Assembly (NCBI GenBank): GCA_017883025.1
Contig: JADGOH010000042.1
Location: forward strand, 1 to 61,092
Length of the DNA: 61,092 nucleotides
Source of the DNA: Acidimicrobiales bacterium
Lineage (GTDB): Bacteria > Actinomycetota > Acidimicrobiia > Acidimicrobiales > RAAP-2
Direction of reading: 5' to 3'
A program made the translations under genes and the position numbers. The number at the start of each line of letters is the position of its first letter. Position 1 is the stretch's first letter. Under the pieces are notes generated by a model. It was not told where the DNA came from. It ran no database searches and saw only the letters and a program-made list of their open reading frames with translations. Below are positions 1 through 8,468 of the stretch, piece by piece.

Positions 1-393
1 GCGGTCGCCGGTCACCCCGAGCACGGTCAGCGTCGCGGCACGGTGGTGCGGCGCGTTGGTGTGGAGTTTGATCCAGCCGTCCGACGTGGGGTAGTCGCCG
101 GCCACCGCGTCCCACGGGCCCGGAAGCTCCCAGCCGTCGGGTCGGATCGAGAATCCGAACCACGCCGAGGCGAGGTCGCGGTCGACCGTCACTTCGGGAG
201 CGGGGCCGCCGCCGAGCGACACGAGCCGGGACAGCGCGGCGCCGGCGGTCCCGACCGAGGCCTGGGCCAGGTCACTGACTGCGAACACCGAGGGCAGCGA
301 GCCGCCGCCCGGGAGCTCGATCCCGCGAACCTGGCCAGGGCCCCAGAGCGCTTCGCAGAACTGCTCGAGGAACTGCTGCGCCCGGCCGGTCAT
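1..393 (-). CDS. CoA-transferase family III (CaiB/BaiF-like), N-terminal part; the gene runs off the window start
   Basis: My own minus-strand translation from ATG (CAT at 391-393) gives MTGRAQQFLEQFCEALWGPGQ...AVAGDYPTSDGWIKLHTNAPHHRAATLTVLGVTGDR. GC3 is high. The Y-x-T-x-DGW-[IV]-x-L segment is typical of family III CoA-transferases. The gene is missing from the ORF track because it is open at the window edge. Confidence 0.5.
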   Translation of the reverse strand, partial: MTGRAQQFLEQFCEALWGPGQVRGIELPGGGSLPSVFAVSDLAQASVGTAGAALSRLVSLGGGPAPEVTVDRDLASAWFGFSIRPDGWELPGPWDAVAGDYPTSDGWIKLHTNAPHHRAATLTVLGVTGDR

Positions 394-496
394 CCACCCA
401 TGGTGGGGCGAGGCCCGGGGCGCGTCAACCGGGCCGGAAGGGAGCGGGGGTACATCAGGGGTAAAGAGAAGGCACCGGAGTGTCGATAGGCGAACC

Positions 497-730
497 ATGG
501 AATCGACCGTCCACTTCGATACCGACGACCCCGAGTTCAGCCGGGGCTTCGAGATCGGGATCCTCTGGGAGCGCCTGAGCTCGGACGGTGCCTGCCACAT
601 GGCCGTCAGCGCCGCCAACGCGGAGATGGTCCTCCGGGTGGCCAAGGCCTTCGACTGCGCGTTCAGCGGGCAAGAGCTGGCCGACGACATGATCTCGGTC
701 GAGCTCTACCGGGTCAGCACCGACTCGTAG
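497..730 (+). CDS. small acidic hypothetical protein (77 aa)
   Basis: ORF track 497..730. GC3 is very high and the composition is not Arg/Pro-rich shadow. I recognise no family. Confidence 0.6.
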   Translation: MESTVHFDTDDPEFSRGFEIGILWERLSSDGACHMAVSAANAEMVLRVAKAFDCAFSGQELADDMISVELYRVSTDS

Positions 731-810
731 CGACCGCTCCACCCGCGATCACCGGCGCGAGAAGCGATGCCCTATCCGACACCCAAGTCATTGTCGAACC
801 TCAGGAGCAG

Positions 811-921
811 ATGCGGCGACAGGAACGGACCCACCGGCTGTTCCAAGCGCTGGCGGACGCCACCCGCCGCGACATCGTCACGGGCGCCATCCGACGCGAG
901 CGCTCGGTGTCCGACCTCGCC
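811..921 (+). pseudogene. remnant of an ArsR/SmtB-family HTH regulator (first ~37 codons only)
   Basis: MRRQERTHRLFQALADATRRDIVTGAIRRERSVSDLA matches the N-terminal ALADPTRRxIL...SVSxLA signature of ArsR-type regulators. An AGGAG sits 3 nt upstream. After ~921 the family match and the GC3 bias both disappear, and the ORF runs into the convergent acyl-CoA dehydrogenase 3' end. Confidence 0.35.
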
Positions 922-998
922 GACCCGCCGACGCCCGGACGCCGACCACCACCGCCGAGTTCGACGCACGGTCGGCAGGGGCTACGCCCACGACCCTG

Positions 999-2618
999 TC
1001 AGCCCCCGGCGAGCAGCCGACGGGCGATGACCTTCAGGCAGAGGGTCTCGTCGGCCCCCTCGAAGATCGACAGCACCCGGGCGTCAACGAAGTACCGGCT
1101 CACCGGGTACTCCTCGGCGTAGCCCATGCCCCCGTGGATCTGGAGCGCCTCACGGGTCACCCACTCCGCCGTCCGGCACACGTACGCCTTGATCATCGAG
1201 GCCTCGAGCACGCCCTCGCCCTTGGACATCAGGCGTGCGACCTCGTAGGCGAACTGGCGCGAGGCCTGGATCAGGACGGCCATCCGGGCCAACTTCACCT
1301 TGGTGAGTTCGTACTCGACGATGGGCGAGCCGAACACGACCCGGTTGGTGGCGTAGTCGAGGGCGGCCTCGTAGGCCGCCTGCATGAGGCCGACGGCGCG
1401 TGCTGCCGTCTGCAGGCGCCCGTTCTCGAAGCCCTGCATCTGGAGATAGAAGCCCTTGCCGAGGCCGTCCTCGCCACCGATGAGATTGGCGTCCGGCACG
1501 AACCAGTTCTCGAGCGACACCTCGTAGGAGTGCATGCCGCGATAGCCGAGGGTGTCGATGGCCCGGCCCTCCATCCTCCCGCCCGAGTCGGCCGGCCGGC
1601 CGGCCTCACCCGGCTCCTGGACGAAGGTGAACCCGTGGCCGTCGGCGGGTGGCTTCTCGACAAGGAAGATCGACAGGCCCTTGTGGCCCTTGGAGCGGTC
1701 GGGATCGGTGCGGGCCAGCAGCAGCAGCACGTCGGCCCGGGCGGCGAACGTGCACCAGGTCTTCACGCCATTGAGGACCCACCCGCCGCCGACCTTCGTG
1801 GCCGGGAGGTTCACGCCGGCCACGTCGGAGCCGAAGTCCGGCTCGGTGACGGCCACGGCGCCCAGCACCTCGGCGGTGGCCAATTTCGGGAGCCAGTGCT
1901 GCTTCTGCTCCTCCGTCCCACCCTTGACGATGGCCCGGGTCAGGATCTCGGGACGGGTGATCAGCGAGCCGCCGGCGCCCAACGACCCCCAGGTCAGCTC
2001 CTCGGTGGCGACGACCATGCTGAGATAGTCGGCGTCCCCCTCGGCGGCGAAGCCGCCGTATTCCTCGGGGACCGACATGCCGAAGCCGCCCATCTCGGCC
2101 ATGCCCTCGATGATCGCCTCGGGGATGTCGGTGTTGGCCCGGTGGATGTGCTCGGCCCGCGGCCGGATCTGCTCGGCGGCGAACCGGTGGAAGGTGTCGC
2201 GGACCAGCTCGAAATCGGGATCGAGGTGCCTCTCACCCTGGGTCTCGGCCAGCGAGGCCAGATAGGCGGGGTCCCGGTACGTCGCGACGAAGGACTCGGC
2301 CGGTGCCATCCAGTCGGCGCCCACGCCCCACTCGGCGGAACGGCCGACGAGGCGGGCAGCCAGTTCGGCCAGAGCATCGGCGACGAATGCGCAGGCGATG
2401 CGGGCCTCGATGTCGCCGTGGGCGCCGTAGGCCAGGACCGACTCGGCCGTGCGCACCGCGGCGGCCGAATGGGAGACGTCGTAGGCCAGGACCTGGGCCT
2501 TGTCCGGACCCCCGGCGGCGGCCAGGGCGGCGATGCCGGACTCGACGACGGACTTGGCCACGGCGGTGGCGTCGGAGGCGCCGAGGAGGTCGGGTGCGGG
2601 GATCTGGTCGGTGGTCAC
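999..2618 (-). CDS. acyl-CoA dehydrogenase family protein (539 aa, ~140-aa N-terminal helical extension)
   Basis: ORF track 999..2618. ACAD motifs present: GMSVPEEYGG, AVTEPDFGSDVAG, IHGGMGYAEEYPVSRYFVDARVLSIFEG. GTG start. Confidence 0.9.
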   Translation of the reverse strand: MTTDQIPAPDLLGASDATAVAKSVVESGIAALAAAGGPDKAQVLAYDVSHSAAAVRTAESVLAYGAHGDIEARIACAFVADALAELAARLVGRSAEWGVGADWMAPAESFVATYRDPAYLASLAETQGERHLDPDFELVRDTFHRFAAEQIRPRAEHIHRANTDIPEAIIEGMAEMGGFGMSVPEEYGGFAAEGDADYLSMVVATEELTWGSLGAGGSLITRPEILTRAIVKGGTEEQKQHWLPKLATAEVLGAVAVTEPDFGSDVAGVNLPATKVGGGWVLNGVKTWCTFAARADVLLLLARTDPDRSKGHKGLSIFLVEKPPADGHGFTFVQEPGEAGRPADSGGRMEGRAIDTLGYRGMHSYEVSLENWFVPDANLIGGEDGLGKGFYLQMQGFENGRLQTAARAVGLMQAAYEAALDYATNRVVFGSPIVEYELTKVKLARMAVLIQASRQFAYEVARLMSKGEGVLEASMIKAYVCRTAEWVTREALQIHGGMGYAEEYPVSRYFVDARVLSIFEGADETLCLKVIARRLLAGG

Positions 2619-2624
2619 CCCGCA

Positions 2625-2630
2625 AGATTA
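2625..2630 (-). promoter_or_regulatory. candidate -10 hexamer TAATCT placed 6 nt upstream of the GTG start (leaderless arrangement)
   Basis: The minus strand reads gaTAATCTtgcgggGTG. There is no Shine-Dalgarno sequence between the hexamer and the start. Confidence 0.35.
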
Positions 2631-2668
2631 TCGGCCCGCCCGGGAGCCGGGACGGCCGGGGGCCCGGC

Positions 2669-3316
2669 TCAGGCCACGGGAACTTGGGCGACCACAGTGA
2701 CCAGGGGCGGGAGCACCACCGGGTCGTCGCCGGGGTCGACCTCGGTGAGGACCTCCAGGTAGTCGGCGACGGGCCCCGGGCCGGCACCGGCGGGGGCCTC
2801 GGCCCAGGCGTCGACGATGTCGAGCCCGGCCTCGCGGACGAGGGAGGGGAGCAGGGCGCCGACATCGGGGTGGCGGGCGTCGGGCATCGTGAACGGACGC
2901 CCGGCGATCCGGCCGGCCGACGTGATCGGCTCCTGGGCGACGACCCAGCCCCCCGGGCGGGTTGCGGCCGCCATGCGCCGCAGTACGAGGGACGGGTCGA
3001 CCACGTGGAGGAGGAGGAACCGGCAGAAGGCGAGGTCGACCGGCTCGGGCAGGCGCAGGTCCTCGCCGGACTGGGTGATGGCCAGCACCTGGCTGTGGGC
3101 GGCGGCCGCCGCCGCCACCTCGTCCCGCGCCTGCGGGTCGCTGTCCACGGCGTACACCCGACCGTCGTGGCCGACGATCTCCGCCAGGGCCACGGTGACG
3201 TCGCCACCCCCGGCGCCGACGTCGACGCAGGTCCAACCGGGCCCGATTCCCAGGCGGTCGAGGGCTGTGGCGAGGGGCCTCCGGTAGACGTCGTCCCGCA
3301 ACCCGCGCAGCTCCAT
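2669..3316 (-). CDS. class I SAM-dependent methyltransferase
   Basis: ORF 2669..3358, trimmed to the internal ATG (MELRGLRDD...). Motif I is VDVGAGGGDVT, followed by VYAVDSDP. Confidence 0.8.
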   Translation of the reverse strand: MELRGLRDDVYRRPLATALDRLGIGPGWTCVDVGAGGGDVTVALAEIVGHDGRVYAVDSDPQARDEVAAAAAAHSQVLAITQSGEDLRLPEPVDLAFCRFLLLHVVDPSLVLRRMAAATRPGGWVVAQEPITSAGRIAGRPFTMPDARHPDVGALLPSLVREAGLDIVDAWAEAPAGAGPGPVADYLEVLTEVDPGDDPVVLPPLVTVVAQVPVA

Positions 3317-3386
3317 GGTGCAACGATACCGGTGTGTGCCACCCGTCCCCGGCTCCACGAAGGGTTGCGGTCGACCGGGACCGTGG

Positions 3387-3787
3387 TCAGCGGCGGGAGC
3401 GGAGGGCCGTCAGCGCCACCACGTGGGCGCCGGCGCCGACGAGGCACAGAACCCAGTAGGCGCCTGGCTGCCCGGTCCGGGCGGTCTCGACCACGGCGCC
3501 GACGATGGCGGCCACGCACATGGCCAGCCCGGTCACCGCCGTGGCGTCACGGTCGAGGCCGCGCTGGCGCTCGTCACCCTCCGCCCGGAGTACGGCGGCC
3601 ACGTCGCCCCGGCCGCCCGCCCACCACCACGCCAGGCCGGCGGCTGCCAGGTAGAAGAGGGCGCTTGCCAGTGCGAGCCCGTGCTGGCCGCTGGCCCACA
3701 CGGCAGCGGTGAGGGCTCTTCCTCCCACGACCAGGACGGCTGCGGACGCCCCTCGGCGCAGTGGATGGTGGGCATGCGTGTTGCTCA
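3387..3787 (-). CDS. integral membrane protein (about 4 TM), partner of the upstream small XRE regulator
   Basis: Start chosen at MSNTHAHHPLRRG, where ATG overlaps the XRE stop as ATGA. Hydrophobic segments: AAVLVVGGRALTAAVWA, LALASALFYLAAAGLAWWWA, GLAMCVAAIVGAVV, YWVLCLVGAGAHVVALTAL. Confidence 0.65.
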
Positions 3788-4033
3788 TGGCTCCTCCTCG
3801 GGTGAGAACAGGCGCTCGATCGGCAGCCCGAAGTGCCGGGCCAGTGCGAAGGCGCGCGGTCGCAACGGGAGGTAGCGGCCGTTCTCGATGGAATTGACCG
3901 TCTGTCGGGACACGTGCAGCGCCTCGGCGAGCGCCGACTGCGACTCGTGGGAGGCGTTGCGCAGCTCGCGGACCCGGTTCCTCACATGACACGGATGCTT
4001 GTCATTGTGGTGAATGTCAAGGGACCTTTCCAT
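3785..4033 (-). CDS. XRE-family helix-turn-helix transcriptional regulator (small, about 66-82 aa)
   Basis: VRNRVRELRNASHESQSALAEALHVSRQTVNSIENGRYLPLRPRAFALARHFGLPIERLF is a classic HTH_3 pattern. An alternative GTG start at 3985 would give the usual ~66 aa. Confidence 0.85.
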   Translation of the reverse strand: MERSLDIHHNDKHPCHVRNRVRELRNASHESQSALAEALHVSRQTVNSIENGRYLPLRPRAFALARHFGLPIERLFSPEEEP

Positions 4034-4111
4034 CGTCGCCCCGGAGGCCGACGGCGGTCATGGCAACACCCCTCCGACGAGCCGGTAGCCTCACCTCCCG
4101 TGAAGGTAACC

Positions 4112-4531
4112 ATGATGTTGTGTGACTCCGCCCAGGTGGCCGACGGCAAGCTGTACGTCCTGGGGGGTGGCTGGAGCATGACGGGACCGGACCCCGTCCC
4201 CTCGGCCATCGCCCTGAAGATCGACGTGGGCTGGCACGAGGCCAGCGAGGCCCACCACTGGGAGCTGTACCTGGAGGACGCCGACGGGGGTCCCGTCCTC
4301 GTCCCGACGCCTGACGGCGAGCACCCGGTCGAGGTGCGGGGGGAGTTCACCGTCGGCCGCCCGACCGACGTGCCCGAGGGTTCGCCCGTCGACGTCGCCC
4401 TTGCCGTCAACCTGGGACCGTTGCCGCTCGCCCCGGGAACCCGGTACACCTGGCGCATGGCGATAGACGGCGACAGCCACCCGGACTGGGTGCTGGCCTT
4501 CACCACCCGCCCCGCCGCGCCCACCGCCTGA
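4112..4531 (+). CDS. hypothetical protein (139 aa), divergent from the XRE gene
   Basis: In-frame ATG at 4112 inside ORF 3833..4531. The sequence MMLCDSAQVADGKLYVLGGGWSMTG... has high GC3 and beta-rich character. I cannot name a family with confidence. Confidence 0.6.
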   Translation: MMLCDSAQVADGKLYVLGGGWSMTGPDPVPSAIALKIDVGWHEASEAHHWELYLEDADGGPVLVPTPDGEHPVEVRGEFTVGRPTDVPEGSPVDVALAVNLGPLPLAPGTRYTWRMAIDGDSHPDWVLAFTTRPAAPTA

Positions 4532-4626
4532 GCGGCACGGAGCCGCACTGCATCGCCCGGGGAGCGCTACGGGCCACGTGGCCCGCGGCTGGACGGCCCA
4601 CCCCGCGGCGGACGACACTGACGGTC

Positions 4627-5139
4627 ATGACCACGTATGACCGTCCCTTCGGCCGCTACTTCGAGGACTTCGTCCCCGGCGACGTCTACCGGCACTGGCC
4701 CGGAAAGACCATCACCGAGGCGGACGACCACCTCTTCTGCATGATCACCATGAACCATCACCCGCTGCACACCAATGCGTGGTTCGCCGAGAACGAGTCG
4801 GTCCAGAAGAAGAACGTGGTCGTGGGCAACCTCGTGTACTCCCTCGCGCTCGGCATGAGTGTCCCCGACGTCAGCGGTGCCGCCATCGCCAATCTCGAGG
4901 TCGAATCGTTGCTGCACCGCTCCCCGACCTTCCACGGCGACACCATCTACGCCGAGACGAAGGTCATCTCCAAGGCCGAGTCGAAGTCGCGGGATGACCG
5001 GGGCGTCGTGACGGTCGAGACGAAGGCGTTCAACCAGCACGGCGAGGAGGTCTGCTTCTTCCGCCGCAAGGTCATGGTCTGGAAGGAGGCCTTCGCCCCG
5101 GCGCGTCGTCGCCCCTACGGGAACGACGTCTGGGGTTGA
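4627..5139 (+). CDS. MaoC-family (R)-specific enoyl-CoA hydratase / dehydratase
   Basis: ORF track. Hot-dog MaoC signature: ITEADDHLFCMITMNHHPLHTN ... GNLVYSLALG. Confidence 0.9.
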   Translation: MTTYDRPFGRYFEDFVPGDVYRHWPGKTITEADDHLFCMITMNHHPLHTNAWFAENESVQKKNVVVGNLVYSLALGMSVPDVSGAAIANLEVESLLHRSPTFHGDTIYAETKVISKAESKSRDDRGVVTVETKAFNQHGEEVCFFRRKVMVWKEAFAPARRRPYGNDVWG

Positions 5140-5155
5140 GCCCCCGGCGTCCCCG

Positions 5156-6097
5156 GTGACCCCGGTGACCCGACCGCCGGTGCCACGGGACGGGGACGCC
5201 ACCAGGCCGCGCCGCCAGGTCCGGGCGATCGGCGCGGCCATCGAAGGCTGGGGGACTGCCGACGGTGCGTCCCGGCGGCCCGACCTGCCGTGGCGGCACA
5301 CCCGCGACCCGTGGGCGGTGCTGGTCAGCGAGACGCTCGCCCAGCAGACCCAGCTGTCCAGGGTCGTCCCCGCCTACCTGCGGTTCCTGGAGGCGTTCCC
5401 CACACCCGCGGCATGCGCGGCGGCACCGCTCGGCGAGGTCCTGCGGGCGTGGGAGGGCATGGGGTACAACCGCCGGGCCAAGCACCTCCACGGAGCGGCC
5501 CGGGCGGTCGTTGCCGACCACGGTGGCATCGTTCCGGACGATCTCGCCACCCTGCTCGCACTGCCCGGGGTGGGTCCGTACACGGCTCGTGCGGTGCTCG
5601 CCTTCGCGTTCGAGCGTGATGTGGGCGTGGTCGACACCAACGCCGGCCGGGTGATCGCCCGCAGCGTGGCGGGGCGACCGGTCCGGCCGGCCGTGGCGCA
5701 GGCGCTGGTGGACACCATGGTCCCACCGGGTCGCGGCTGGGCGTTCGGCCAGGCGCTGCTCGACCTGGGGGCAACCGTGTGCACCTCCCGGTCGCCCGCC
5801 TGCATGGCGTGCCCGCTGCGACGTCGGTGCCGGTGGGCATCGGCCGGGCGGCCGGACCCCGACCCATCCCGCGGCTCGGCAGGGGTGTCCGTCAGCCAGT
5901 CGACGTTCGCCGGGTCGGACCGCCAGGGACGGGGGCGCCTGGTCGCCGCGCTACGTGACGGGCCGGTGGCGGCCGCGGACGTGGCCGCTGCGGCCGGGTG
6001 GCCCGACGACCCGGCGCGGGCGGCGCGGGCGGCCGGTGCCCTCGTGGTCGAGGGGCTGGCAGTGCGAGACGGGGACGGCTTGCTGCGGCTCCCGTGA
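5156..6097 (+). CDS. mutY: A/G-specific adenine DNA glycosylase
   Basis: WRHTRDPWAVLVSETLAQQTQ. HhH motif LPGVGPYTARAV. VDTN. 4Fe-4S loop CTSRSPACMACPLRRRC. Confidence 0.85.
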   Translation: MTPVTRPPVPRDGDATRPRRQVRAIGAAIEGWGTADGASRRPDLPWRHTRDPWAVLVSETLAQQTQLSRVVPAYLRFLEAFPTPAACAAAPLGEVLRAWEGMGYNRRAKHLHGAARAVVADHGGIVPDDLATLLALPGVGPYTARAVLAFAFERDVGVVDTNAGRVIARSVAGRPVRPAVAQALVDTMVPPGRGWAFGQALLDLGATVCTSRSPACMACPLRRRCRWASAGRPDPDPSRGSAGVSVSQSTFAGSDRQGRGRLVAALRDGPVAAADVAAAAGWPDDPARAARAAGALVVEGLAVRDGDGLLRLP

Positions 6098-6247
6098 GCG
6101 GTGGGTCCTGCCACGGGACCGCTCGACGGGGCGACGGGGCGGTCCGGGCGTGCACGACGTCCGGAGGCGCTGACTACGCTCGGGTCGGCCGCTCGATCGG
6201 GCGGGCGCCCGGGCCGGCGGCACGAGACGCGACATTGGGGGATTGCC

Positions 6248-7702
6248 ATGCGACGACGGACGAGTTGGGGGAGCGCAGCCTGCGCCGTGGTGACGGCGCT
6301 GGCGGTAGCCGCATGCGGGAGCTCGACGTCGACGTCGACGACCACGACGTCGGTCCCGGGTAACCCGACCGCGCTCGGGGCGCCGGCATCGGTGCCCGAG
6401 GCGGTCCTGACCGTCCCCACCCCGCCCGCCTCCGGCACCCCTGCCAAGTACGACCAGGTACAGGTGCGACGGTTCGGCAACCCGTCGGCCTCGCACGTGC
6501 TGGTGCTCGTGCCCGGGACGAACGGCGGAGCCGGGGACTTCGACCTGGTCGCGCCCTACCTGGTCACACACGTCCCGGACCTGCAGGTCTGGTCGGAAAT
6601 GCGCCGCGAGGGCGTGCTCCAGGACGAGTCCGTCGTCCAGTCGACGCTCGCCGGCACGACCACGTCGAAGCAGATGTTCGACTACTACCTCGGATGGATC
6701 TCCGACCACACGGTCACCCACCACTACCAGCCCCTGAAGCCGGCCGACTACGCGTTCGTTGCCGACTGGGGCATGCCGGTCGCCATGAACGACCTGCACG
6801 CCGTGATCGTCAAGGCTGGCGACGGCGGGAAGCGGACGGTGACCCTGGGCGGCCACTCGCTGGGTGGCACGGAGGCTGCGGCCTACGCGGCCTGGGACTT
6901 CAATGGGCAGGCGGGCTACCGGACGATCAACGGCATCGTGTGCATCGACGGGTGTGCAGGAGCCCAGGGCGCCTTCGGCAAGCCGCTGACGGTGGCGACA
7001 GCGACGGCTGCCGTCGACCAGCTCGCCACCAAGGGCCCGTGGCTGGACCTGCTGGGTGTCGGCCTTCCGTGGGCGACGGGTGCCTTCAGCGAGATCGGTG
7101 CGGTCACGGCATACAAGGACCCGACGGGACCCGCCACCACCTTCGAGAACTTTCCGCTGCTGCCGGCGCAGTTCAAGCCGCCCACGCCGGTGACCAACGA
7201 CGCCCAGATCGGCTATGCCTTCGACTACAAGACATCGCCGGCCGGTCTCAAGCTCATCCAGGTGCACTCGGGCAACGTCGCTCCCACCGGGGATCCGGCC
7301 GGCTGGATCGACACCGACATCACCCCCATCAGGAATGTGGTCGACACCTTCGCCCAGACGCCGCTGGCCGCGGCGGAGTGGTACTACCCCCAGCGCCTGT
7401 CGATCGACGCCGGCGCCTCGACCTCGCTCCAGCAGACCGATGTCGCCACCTACCTCGGCCTCCGCCTGCTCCACACCGCGCAGGTGGACGTGCCGCTCTA
7501 CGCGTTCCAGACGTCGCTCGGCGGGACGAACGACGCGGTGGCGGCCAGCGCCGCGGCGTACAAGGCCGAGTCGAAGATCCCGAGCGTGACCGTGGTGAGC
7601 CGCACCGCGACCTACAGCCACCTCGACCCGCTCCTCGCCGGCTCGGACCAGAACGACTTCCTGAAGACCGTCGTGCCCTGGTTGAAGTCGGTCGACAAGT
7701 AG
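6248..7702 (+). CDS. secreted lipoprotein, alpha/beta hydrolase fold
   Basis: In-frame ATG at 6248 with a GGGGGA SD-like sequence upstream. Signal and lipobox MRRRTSWGSAACAVVTALAVAAC. Nucleophile elbow GGHSLGG. Confidence 0.75.
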   Translation: MRRRTSWGSAACAVVTALAVAACGSSTSTSTTTTSVPGNPTALGAPASVPEAVLTVPTPPASGTPAKYDQVQVRRFGNPSASHVLVLVPGTNGGAGDFDLVAPYLVTHVPDLQVWSEMRREGVLQDESVVQSTLAGTTTSKQMFDYYLGWISDHTVTHHYQPLKPADYAFVADWGMPVAMNDLHAVIVKAGDGGKRTVTLGGHSLGGTEAAAYAAWDFNGQAGYRTINGIVCIDGCAGAQGAFGKPLTVATATAAVDQLATKGPWLDLLGVGLPWATGAFSEIGAVTAYKDPTGPATTFENFPLLPAQFKPPTPVTNDAQIGYAFDYKTSPAGLKLIQVHSGNVAPTGDPAGWIDTDITPIRNVVDTFAQTPLAAAEWYYPQRLSIDAGASTSLQQTDVATYLGLRLLHTAQVDVPLYAFQTSLGGTNDAVAASAAAYKAESKIPSVTVVSRTATYSHLDPLLAGSDQNDFLKTVVPWLKSVDK

Positions 7703-7724
7703 TCCGGGCCGAGCGGGTCGACCC

Positions 7725-8426
7725 GTGACCCGTCAGATGGCCTATGCGCCGGGAAAGGTGCTCGACGTCTACGAGCCGATCGGGACCGACGCCGCACCGG
7801 TCGTCCTGCTGTGGCACGGAAGCGGCCCCGACGAGCGCGACGCGCTCGGACCGTTGGGCGCCGAGGTCGCCGCCCACGGCGTGCTCGTGCTGGTCCCCGA
7901 CTGGCAGTCCGACGACTTCGCCATCGGGTCGGCCCAGCTGCTGGCGTCGCTTGCGTTCGCACGGGGCGGGTCGGCCGACCTGGGCGGCGACCCGGGGCGC
8001 CTGGTGCTGGCCGGTTGGTCGCTCGGAGCGAACGCCGCCACCTGGGTCGGACTGCACCCCGAGGTGGCCGGCGGCGTGCCGCTGTCGGTGGTGGTGGGCC
8101 TGGGCGGTTCGTACTTCGGGTCACCGTTCGGTGACGACGTGTTCGCCGGGGTCGACGACGCCGGTACTGCGGGCACGCGGGCCGTGCTCGTCCACGGGTC
8201 GGTCGACAACCTCGTTCCCGTCGAGCGTTCGGCCGAGGCGGCGGACCGGCTGGCCCGGCTCGGCTGGTCGGTCCGGCTGCGCCAGGTGGGGACCGACCAC
8301 GCCGGGGTCATCGGTACGGTCTACGACCGGGCTCGTGGTCGGTGCGTCCCGACCGACGACCCGGTCCGCGTGGCGGTCCGGGCCGAGGTGGCGGGCGTGA
8401 TGGCCGGGGCGGCGCTCGGGTCGTAG
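7725..8426 (+). CDS. alpha/beta hydrolase (esterase-like)
   Basis: ORF track. VVLLWHGSG and nucleophile elbow AGWSLGAN. C-terminal HAG. Confidence 0.75.
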   Translation: MTRQMAYAPGKVLDVYEPIGTDAAPVVLLWHGSGPDERDALGPLGAEVAAHGVLVLVPDWQSDDFAIGSAQLLASLAFARGGSADLGGDPGRLVLAGWSLGANAATWVGLHPEVAGGVPLSVVVGLGGSYFGSPFGDDVFAGVDDAGTAGTRAVLVHGSVDNLVPVERSAEAADRLARLGWSVRLRQVGTDHAGVIGTVYDRARGRCVPTDDPVRVAVRAEVAGVMAGAALGS

Positions 8427-8468
8427 CGGGACCGGTCGCAGCGACCGCCCGGCCCGGTGGCGGGCCGG

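Noticed and set aside
43-489. The 148-aa plus-strand ORF at the window start.
   Set aside because: It is Arg-rich shadow sequence. The minus strand over the same bases encodes a CoA-transferase-like peptide with much better composition and codon bias.
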